From Antedon mediterranea (taxonomy: Eukaryota; Animalia; Echinodermata), in assembly GCF_964355755.1 (NCBI RefSeq), contig NC_092678.1, positions 1,504,422 to 1,568,421 on the forward strand: a stretch of 64,000 nucleotides of DNA, given 5' to 3'. The position numbers and the translations under genes are program-made. Each line of letters starts with the position of its first letter. Positions within the stretch are counted from its first letter, which is position 1. The notes under the pieces were generated by a model that saw nothing but the letters and a program-made list of their open reading frames with translations, made no database searches and was not told the DNA's origin. Of this stretch, positions 1 through 9,473 are shown one piece after another.

Positions 1-35
1 TTAAACCCTGCTTCCACAGGCAGTTTATTGGTTAA

Positions 36-85
36 TTAGGTTATATGCATGATATGCATATAACCTCTTGATTCTGTCAGAATCT

Positions 86-132
<47 letters not shown>

Positions 133-1520
133 TTCTTTCCTTAGCACTATTTGTCCGTCAATTATCTTGGTATCAGTTTCATCTAACTAAGTCAATTTTT
201 CAGAGTATATTCCTTATGGCCAGGAATCGATGTGGTTATGTTTTCACGGTGCGCAATCAAACATTACGCGGTCTACGCGCGATTTAACGAAATCACGTTT
301 GTAATCATCTTCACAAGCATATGAATCACTTTTAAACAAAATTTGGTACTCGTAAATTTCAGGTCATATTTCATCATATGGCAATACAATTACGTGCGTA
401 GCGCATATAACGCATGCGTACGCGCGCTTAAAATGTTCAAAATTGTCAGAATTTATTTTCGATGAAATTAGAGTACGTTTCAGGCAATTTTAAGCGTTTA
501 AAAATGGCCATAAGTGCGCAGATTTTTGCACGCGCACTGCGCGTCAAACGTTATTGCGCACTGTTTTTTTCCGATTACTGTTGTATAACCTTTATTTAAC
601 AATATCATCAAATTGTATTATCTTTTCAACGCCAAACAGCGTTATACGAGTACGTCAAAAGTGACAGGCTACGCACGTGTAAGTTAACAAAATGGTGAAA
701 ATATGCTAAATTTTAAAATTAATATATATCGTTAGAATGCTCGGGAACACCGATTTTTTATTTCATTTTCTTGAAGTGTATGTATCATATGTATGATTTA
801 TTATGAAATCAAGAGAACAAAAGTTGATTAAGTCATCATTAATGGCATATTAAATTTACAAAAATTAATTTCGACAATCAAACAAATTATAACATTTTCT
901 TAGGCCGAAATAACAAACTTAACATTAACTTTCTTCCTTAAGAAGTTCATATATTAAAGTTAAAAGTATGTAGTTTGACAGTGCATCATTTTTAAAAATC
1001 TTTAAAGATGTCATCATAGTAAAACATTATAATTCATTGCGGTATGTAATAATCTATCTGCACCAAAGTGGTTACTGCATAGAAAATACACGGAGGAATA
1101 TTTCCATAATTTTTAGTCAGTTGTGTATGGCTCGGTGGTCTTTGCTCGTGTCTATAGCATTCAAGGTACCGAGTTCGAGTCTCAGCTTGGGAAACGAAAC
1201 GAAATAAGATTATTTTTTATTATCCGTATTGTTTGTTCAATTGTATTTCTTAGTGTATAGATTATACAGATGATTTATAATGAAATTTATTTAAAAACAC
1301 AAAATGTGGTTTATGACATTATATACGCAGAAGGATCTTTGATCGGATTATGATACCGGCTATTGTATTTGCGTTAGCAAGATCCTATCACATAATTATT
1401 ATAAATAACTAAAGATTCTGAGAAAATCAATCAATCAAAATATCTTAAATCAATCAATTATCTTTATTTAAATCAATGCATATAACCTATAATTCGTCAT
1501 AGTGACGAATTAAATCTAGT
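36..1520 (+). mobile_element. Non-autonomous Helentron/DINE-1-like (HINE) rolling-circle element
   Basis: 5' subterminal repeat AGGTTATATGCAT immediately followed by its inverted copy ATGCATATAACCT, then a (TTTA)n microsatellite. The 3' end has a second ATGCATATAACCT (1476-1488), a perfect hairpin AATTCGTCA-tag-TGACGAATT (1491-1511) and a CTAG|T end (1516-1520). This matches the subTIR/IR/microsatellite/stem-loop layout of DINE-1/Helentron derivatives. Confidence 0.75.
84..134. repeat. (TTTA)n microsatellite within the DINE-like element
   Basis: About 12 tandem TTTA units seen directly. Confidence 0.95.
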
Positions 1521-3015
1521 TATCAGTTAATTTTGATCGGTTAATTTTTCCCTGCGAAAATACGGCCTAAGATAGGGTTCACAAATGATAAACCAAAAAT
1601 TGCGTGTGTGAAAACAGTTTATATATGACTTGAATTTTAAACAGAAAAATTAAATTATATCAAATCGTTTTTGCAGGTTTTGATGAATAAAAGCACAGGT
1701 GAAGACAAGCATGACCCCTACGTACAGGTCACATCAAATTTTTGGCCCCCGTACGTGGAGTTGCTTCTACGATGTGGCATTGCCAGACGACATCCCGAAG
1801 ACAGTAATAGAATAGCCTTAACGTCGTACCACATGTAAAATCACACCTCCGAAGTATCCTAAAAACTGTGAGAATTTTGCGATATTTCAGGTTATCTCCC
1901 ACCTTCCGCTAAATACGCAATTTTTCCCGATTGTTTTGGATTTACGATATCCAATAGCGTATACATTTACTATTACAGTAGTTGACCCCTTGTAGTTGAC
2001 CCCTTTTGGTTAACTAGAGTTTTAAAAATGCGTTGCGGGTTGGGAGACATATTTTCGACAATGCACATTGGCTATTTCCATGTTTGGAAAATAGTGCCAT
2101 ACATTATTTATAACAAATCCTAATGCTAAAGATTTTGTAAATAGCACCCTCTATGTTTGGATGTATTTTGTAAAATTTATAGCACCCTCAATAAATTGGC
2201 CATGTTTTTATATGTGGAAAATAATTTGGTATTGTATTTATTTTATTTTTAACTTCTCACTAACACTGTTAGTGAAGGATCGGGACCAACAGGTGGTAAA
2301 CACCTCTAAAACGGTCCAGTCCCAATTGCACAGTTTCTGTGTGTGACAGTGGCTGTGTTTGTGTGAACTAGTACTAGTATATGTGGCAGATGATTGTTTA
2401 ACAGTTATCCCTAGCACCATGTCAAAAGATATTCGTCAGGTGATAAAATAATTAAATTCATAGCAAAAAGAGTTCCATTAAGTTTATTTTCACAAGTGGG
2501 GCCTCTGTAAAATAATTTTGTATGTAAAATATTGTATATACTGTATATTTGGCAGATCATTGTTTAAAAGTTATCCGTAGCACTAAAACAAAACATGGTT
2601 GTCAGATGATCAAATAATTTAATTCACAGCCAAAAGAGTTCCATTTAGTTTTCCTATCACTCACTAGTAAACAAACCAGACAGTCATTGACTGACTGATG
2701 ACCAGGCCGGCTTCATGCTATGCAAGACTACAAAACTGTAACAATTAGCCTAGGGAAATGTTTTTAATGGCTGTAATAATACGCTACACTGAAAAGGTAA
2801 CATCTGCTTACTTTTTGTTATCTTAACATCTAATTTACTTTGTGTACACAGAACATCTGCGTACTCATTTTATTTTGAATTTGCTCGGTTGTTTTGCTTT
2901 ATGCTGTATGTAAATGCATTGAATCAAATTACACACTGTGGTCTTAATAAGTTAAATAGATGTTTCCCCTGATCAATATTATCCACAGCAAATGTGTTCG
3001 ATGAACTTATGCTTG

Positions 3016-3189
3016 CAGGGCCGTACGCAGGATTTTATTTGGGTGGGTGCTGATTAATATATTTTGGTCCATTTTCATAATATTGAGTACTTATTTATTT
3101 TAAGACCCTTTAAGATGTGGACCTTTTGCAATTTGGGTGGGGGAGGGGGGTGCGTACGCACCCGTCGCATCCCCCTGCGTACGGCCGTG
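3016..3189. mobile_element. hAT-like MITE
   Basis: Imperfect TIRs CAGGGCCGTACGCAGG / CCTGCGTACGGCCGTG, flanks gcttg/gtttg (degenerate 5-bp TSD). Shares the GGGTGC..ACGCACCC subterminal motif with the element at 58542-59475. Confidence 0.65.
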
Positions 3190-4328
3190 GTTTGTTATAT
3201 AATGAATACTGTAAGATTCTTGGAAAGAACACAATTCAATAGAAAAAAGCAACATTGAATAAAAAGCCAATTCAATGTTACCATCCATAACAAAAAAAAA
3301 TAATAGCGTATATGGCTGAGTGTGTCCCAGTGGGCCTGGGTATAAAGTTAGGGTGTGAGATTATACTTGATTGAATCAACAGGATGCTGAGCTTCGGAGA
3401 TCAAAAGGTTTTTCTGTGGCAGCGACACAATCGGTTCCACGCTCCTTACAGACAACGCGCCTAATCTTGGTATTTGTCGCAGCCAGACATTAGATCAAAG
3501 GACTGTTATAATTTCCTATCTTGGCAAGGCGAGCTAGCTCAGTGGAATTTAATAAGATCTTGAGTTTCGCCTAAATTTTACTCATAACATTCTTTTTTTT
3601 TTTTTCGTCCATCCAGCTAATGCCACCAACTTTTTTTTTCAATTTGTGTGGACTTCTTTTTGTCGTTATTGTAGTGTTCAAATCAGTAGTAGACATGAAA
3701 TAAGAATAAATATTCTATGTTTCTCAGTTTTTTATTTCTAAGATTTCTATTTTCCAATTTGTTTTCTATATAATTTGTGTACGTAGCTGATTCAACCTAA
3801 CTGAAGCGGGTCAATCAATTAATAAAATTAACTTATAATATAATTTAAAATTAGTTTTGACAATGAATACCATGTGTGCCTCATTGTTATTGGCCGGTTT
3901 TCTACTTGAGATCCTTGAACTTATTAATTTAACCAATCATGTATAGCCTCTTAAACATCCTGGTCTGAAAGTTTGGCACTTTTGAAGAAAACTTGAGTTA
4001 TCACAAAGTAACCAATGCTTATGGATTTTACTGTTGATGCTGTACAATGGGACCGGTCACCTGGAAGAATTCTCCACATCTGTCTGTGTGCTGTCTGCTC
4101 CACTCAAGTCAACAGGTAAAGTCTATAAAAATAAATTTTTAAGAATTGTTAAAACTTTTTTACCTATATATAGTACTACTGTACTTTACAGATATTCACT
4201 ATCTCTTATTTCTGTAAACGCGTTCAATTTCTCATAGCATCTGTCATGAGCCAGATATGTTTGTTCTTTTTGACAAGTTTTGGTTGTAATAGTATTATGC
4301 TGTGATTACTGAAATTTACAAATTGTAA

Positions 4329-4457
4329 AGCTCTGTCTACACTCTATCAAACTTTGTGACAAAAAAATGTGATGTGCCCATATATGGACATGATGATGTC
4401 ATATCACTACCATATTTGTGTACTGTATATCACTACCATATTTGTGTATATCACTAT
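4329..4457. mobile_element. PIF/Harbinger-type MITE (AGCTCTGTCTACACTATCAAAC family), partial copy
   Basis: TAA followed by the family TIR and the internal TGTGATGTGCCCATATATGGACATGATGATGTCATATCACTACCATATTTG block shared with at least 7 other copies in the window. Confidence 0.75.
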
Positions 4458-4647
4458 GATAATCCATAAGGAGAGCACTCATGTTTATCTTACCATATTT
4501 GGTTTGTAGTAGTTATGAACCATTTGTGATCCTAAAAACATTGATATCATACTAGCAGAAACAAACTTCAGGTATGGTATCCAATTCACACCGGCAGGCA
4601 TTTTTGAAAATTTCAAATTCAGTTAATAAAATTGTTTTAATTGACTG

Positions 4648-4724
4648 TTATTCACTGTTTCTTTCAACCGTTCTATTTCTCTCAAGTATCAATTTTTCAG
4701 TTTGCTTTCTTCGCCATACATCAT
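4648..4724 (-). CDS. SMIM4: Small integral membrane protein 4 / UQCC5, exon 2 (last)
   Basis: Acceptor ttgtag, phase 1. Reads (Y)DVWRRKQTEKLILERNRTVERNSE*, matching the SMIM4 YDVYRRK motif. Confidence 0.88.
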
Positions 4725-5545
4725 CTACAAACAGGAAATAAAAAAAAGATTTCAAACAAAATGTGTGATATTCTTCCAAGAATTTAATCAAACATTCATT
4801 GCATTTACTAAGTAAACCCACATCCTGGTAACGACTCACATTTTTTCCGGAAACTTTCAATAAACATAAAAACTATTATTTATGATTACAATGACCTTGA
4901 GTTTCAAAATATAAAAAAGACTTCTCCCATATTTTTCAGATTTTATGTTTTTTTTTATGACTTTAATTCAAGGTGATGTAAAACACAATACAACTTGTAC
5001 TATAAATGTGCACCCAATTTTAGTTTTATAAAAAGTAAAATTTGCATATATTAAAAAAATAATAAAGGAAATGATGCATTTAATTTGAATTTATAAAATA
5101 TTATTTGATTAATCTAATTAATATAAATATGTAGTTAGGACAAGAGTAGGCTAGGCAATCATAGCCTATTTTTTATTATAATAATACTAAATAGGCCTAG
5201 TGGTGGTGCTTTGTGTGTGTGGGTGAGGTGGGGGGGGGGGGGGGCTAATAAACTTGAATTAATTACAATACAGTAATAAGTATTAAAAAATAAGAATTAA
5301 ATAACATATTATTATTAATTAATTATCACTGACACTGTTTGTTTTAATATTAAACAATTTGACTAGCTAGCAGTAACCTTGTGATGGCCTATGTGTGTAG
5401 TCTAGCCTAGGCCCTAAGTCCATCCCTCTATACCTTGCTTACTTTAGACGGCACCGGGGAGGAAGGTCTACTACCGCTAGTAAATACAGTAATAATTAGC
5501 TAGATAGTGATAGGATAGTGTAGCCAGGCCTAGGATTACACTTAC

Positions 5546-5699
5546 AAAATGTCTCTCCTCCAGGAGCAATTTGGGCATTAATCATAACCCATTCTATACC
5601 AGCACCAAAAAAGAAAAACAGTGGAAGGAATCTATATATTCCTAGTCTACGTTTCCCTGGCCAGCGATTTAAAAAACGACGAAGAGTGTCACTTTGCAT
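5546..5699 (-). CDS. SMIM4: Small integral membrane protein 4 / UQCC5, exon 1
   Basis: MQSDTLRRFLNRWPGKRRLGIYRFLPLFFFFGAGIEWVMINAQIAPGGETF matches the SMIM4 signature (PGKxRFGIYRFLPxFFxxGxxxEWxMI...ETFY). Donor GTAAG at 5545; spliced product 76 aa. Confidence 0.9.
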
Positions 5700-5945
5700 A
5701 ACTGAAACTTACGATCTCAACGCCGCCATTCTTATTTTTTTAGCAGACTACACGTTTGTTTGTTCGTACTAATTTTCTCGTGGCTTTGTCTAACTGTGTC
5801 TTATGGCTTGTGTGATTGGCTTAGATTACGACGCTTACTGATACTTTTGTTCATTCGGCCAATCGGCTGTTAGTTTTGATTGATTGTTTTGAAGGCTGGG
5901 CTTTAAACGATGGTGGTCTGTCGCAGTTCAACTTAAGAAGAAGGT
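5700..5945. promoter_or_regulatory. Putative bidirectional promoter SMIM4/TDG
   Basis: Short divergent gap with a YY1-like motif (CGCCGCCATT, 5721-5730) and oppositely oriented CCAAT boxes (ATTGG near 5815, CCAAT near 5859). A possible TDG non-coding exon donor AAG|GTTCGT is at 5943/5944. Confidence 0.55.
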
Positions 5946-6062
5946 TCGTAATTTTTGTCCATATTTGTCAATCTAAATTGGGTTTTTTCACTAAAAATTG
6001 TGCTTATTTTAAAGATAATATACCTATTTAAACGATTGTTTAAGACTTCGGTTAAAATAGTC

Positions 6063-6065
6063 ATG
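6063..6065 (+). CDS. TDG: TDG possible first coding exon (ATG only)
   Basis: TCATG|GTAAG is a strong donor directly after an ATG, and joins in frame (phase 0) to the acceptor at 6795. An alternative start is the ATG at 6799. Confidence 0.4.
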
Positions 6066-6795
6066 GTAAGAATGAATTTCAGTGTCTAGAAATAGTCAAG
6101 TTTTGTCCTCTTTTGAATTTCTGTGTGCGACGGACAGAGAGCAGCAGCTGCCGAATTTTGTATTTTAAAAGGAATGAGAGCTAGCATAGCACAAAAGGTT
6201 GATAAAAAACGCAAGCATAAGGCTCTATCGCATCCTAAATTGGGTATATTTTATGGTTAATTCAACCTTTATGGTAACGTATAAAATTGTTTTACGATTA
6301 TTACAGTTAGGCCAAGGACACATTAATTGAAAAATTTAAATTTGCCTAACTGAAGCTAGCCTACATTCAAAATCATGACAATGCATCAAGTCCGCACATA
6401 CCGGCTTTATAAATTACTTTAAGGATAATATTAAGAACGTCACATTTGGTTTAAATCATAGAGTACATGGCACACCACATGGCAAATCATTCGTTTATTG
6501 TTTAATAAAAAAGCTATAAAATCAATTTTCTTGGAATGTGTTTTTAATAAAAATAATTATAGGCTACAGTACAGTAAGATAAGGTTTACAAATGTAACTG
6601 GTCATTTCCTTGTGTAGTTGTTAATGAAAACATTGCTATTACAATTTGTAAAAGTTTTTAAAAACAAGAATTTATTTAAATAATATTTAAAGGAAGGTAT
6701 CTCACTGTATGTGCACAAGTAAATAAATGCAAGAATCAAATGTTAATAATAGATACACTGATGCATACTATTTATATCAATTCATTATTTTTCAG

Positions 6796-7517
6796 TTGAT
6801 GTGTCCCATTTCTGTGAACTTGCAACAGCCACCATTTCCACAACCAGGCCACGAAAACATGGATCAGAATCGATACCAGTACCCACAAAGCCAGTCGCAA
6901 CATCCACAACAACAGCAGCATCCTCTGCATCAGCAACATCACCCGCAACAACAACAGCAGCACCATCCACAACAACAGGTGCAACACCCACAACAGCAGC
7001 AGGGGCAACACCCACAGCAGCAACAGCACCCACAGCAGCAGGGGCAACACCCACAACAACAGCCGAAACTCCCACAGCAGCAGCAACAACTCCCACAGCA
7101 GCAGCAGCCACAGCAGCAGCAGCAACAGCCACAACACCTACAGCAGCAGCAACAACAGCCACAACACCTACAGCAGCAGCAACACCCGCAACAACAGCAA
7201 CAGGGACAACACCCACAGCAGCAACATCCACAGCAACAGCAACAACATCCACAGCAACATCCACAGCAACAGCAGCAGGGGCAACACCCACAACAGCAGG
7301 GGCAACACCCACAACAGCAAGGGCAACACCCACAACAGCAAGGGCAACACCCACAACAGCAGGGGCAACACCCACAACAGCAGGGGCAACACCCACAACA
7401 GCAGGGGCAACACCCACAACAGCAGGGGCAACACCCACAACAGCAGGGGCAACATCCACAACAGAAACATCCGCAATCCCAACAGCAAGATGTACAACAC
7501 CAAAACCCATATTATTA
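6796..7517 (+). CDS. TDG: Thymine DNA glycosylase, Q/H/P-rich N-terminal exon
   Basis: Acceptor tttttcag at 6795, donor TA|GTAAGT at 7518 (phase 2). Joins in frame to exon 9005 (TA+T = Tyr, then PQQFQVKQEP). Confidence 0.72.
7264..7458 (+). repeat. 21-bp coding tandem repeat, 9 copies, encoding QQQGQHP
   Basis: Near-perfect CAACAGCAGGGGCAACACCCA units seen directly. Confidence 0.92.
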
Positions 7518-8384
7518 GTAAGTATAATATAATGTGTCATTTTCTGTGTATTGTTTAGCAATAAATAAATAAAAATTCCATTAAATACGTACTGGCATAT
7601 TCACACACTGGCAGTGGTAAAGCAAAGAGTTGCCTCAGCCAGTTGGCCCATTTCTAAGTTTTGATTTGTTACAAATTTATTGTAATAAAATATGTATATA
7701 AATGATGTTTATAATATTGATCAAATTACAGTATATATACTGAAAAAAAATGAAGGTTTTCCATGGACAGAGAAATGCTTATCGGGACGCTTATTATTAG
7801 GAAACATTTTGATAAGCTATACTGTAATGCCGATCGATCGACTTATTGGAGTTTTAGCGTGTGCTGCAGTACAGTAAAATCAAGTCTGAACAGTGTCATA
7901 GGCTGAATAGGTGGGAACAGGGCCTTAGTAGCAATTTAATTATTGATATTACTGTATATCTTTACAATAATAATCCTTTTCACACACCAACAAAATTGGT
8001 ATACAGTACAGTCTATCTAAAATGCACTATAATTAATAATGGTAAACATGTTGTCTAACCCAAGTGTTTTTGCAAAATAGTAAGCTGTGAAAGAATTACA
8101 TAATATGTGTTTTGAGGCACTTGTATGTACTGTAGGTCATGTGATAATTATTATATTTGTGATAACCATACTGTGGTTGAACAAGTGAATTTTTTGTTTA
8201 GCTGCATGCCAATTTTAATGCGTACATATCATTTCTTTGTCAATAATATAATCCTTTGTAAATCAGTTGAGAAATACAGAGCATAAACAATGGATTATTT
8301 TGTACAATATACAACCAGATAAGGAATTTGTATTTTACTAGAATACTGCATTTAAAAATATTATTAATAATATTCCCTTTGAAA

Positions 8385-8525
8385 ATGAAATGACAAGATC
8401 AATGTTTCGGAATCATCATGGAACCATTCTCAAGAAGAAATGAGTAAAACATTTTTAAACTTTTGCTTATTTTTTCTTTGAGGATGGTTCCGAAACGTCT
8501 ATCTTTTTTGTCATTAAATTTCATT
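8385..8525. mobile_element. Inverted pair of Penelope-like element end fragments (degenerate minimal hammerhead-like cores)
   Basis: Plus strand TTGAGGATGGTTCC-GAAACGTC; minus strand CTTGAGAATGGTTCCATGATGATTCCGAAACATT; arranged as a foldback. Confidence 0.4.
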
Positions 8526-9004
8526 AATATTCAATTGCTTTTAATTTGAAAGTAACAAAAAAAATTACATTACACACCGAGGAATAATTGTGTTTTTTTT
8601 TTCATTTGGTTGCCTCATGACTTTCACATTTTACAGTTAGTACTGTATGGGTCATTTCCTTTATGACCTCTAGGTCACCAGTCCAATATGTATTTCTGTT
8701 TCTCACTCATATTAATTCTAGTTATTTTTGGTTTCTGGTTATTTTAATTAATTTTCATAAAATCCTTTAACTGTAAATATCAAAGGGTCCTCATTTTCAA
8801 CCACATGCATTATTTTAATATTTAAATATTAGATTGTAATGACAAACTAAAGTTGTTTTTTGTTACATGGTTAATAATACATGGGTTTGTTTAGTAGCCT
8901 ACTAGCCATTATATAGGTTATCCTAATGTGTGTTCAGTCTACATTAGTTAAAAATAGTAATATGGACTAGTAATATAATTTTTTCTTTATTTCATCTTAT
9001 TTAG

Positions 9005-9473
9005 TCCTCAACAATTCCAAGTGAAGCAGGAACCAGCCGACTATTACTCACCAATGGTACCAAACGGATACGTGAACAGTATGTACAATAACGATATGCA
9101 GATGAATGGTTTACCGCCTCACAACGGGATACACATGAACGGCGTGTATAACGGTAATATGGCAACCATGAATAACGGCTACCCTCCCAGGAATGGATTT
9201 CACATAAAGCAGGAGCCTATGTATTGCAATAATCCAAATCAGATGCTGAACCCTGTGGGACAACTACAGAATCCTGCAGTTTCCACGGCTCTGGCGTCGA
9301 CCGCGACGACAAAGAGGAAGGGAAAAAGCAAAAAAGTGAAGCAGGAGACGTTAACGGATGCGTTTCCCGTGAAAAAGAGGAGAAAAGTTGATAGGTTTAA
9401 CGGCATGCCCGAAGAAGAGGTCGCGAAGCGGGTGCTACCAGATCATCTCAAGCTGGGCTTAGATATCATGATT
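9005..9473 (+). CDS. TDG: Thymine DNA glycosylase exon (PIP degron, start of catalytic domain)
   Basis: KQETLTDAFPVKKRRKVDRFNGMPEEEVAKRVLPDHLKLGLDIMI aligns to vertebrate TDG KQEKITDTFKVKRKVDRFNG...LPDIL...LDIVI. AG and GTAAGT boundaries. Confidence 0.95.

Noticed and set aside
1120-1190. tRNA-like sequences (also near 30770, 41710, 45950, 61120)
   Set aside because: Only degenerate A/B boxes and no complete cloverleaf; interpreted as SINE heads, not tRNA genes.
6772-7561. Minus-strand Leu/Trp- and Val/Ala-rich ORFs
   Set aside because: Antisense shadows of the CAG/CAA repeat exon of TDG.
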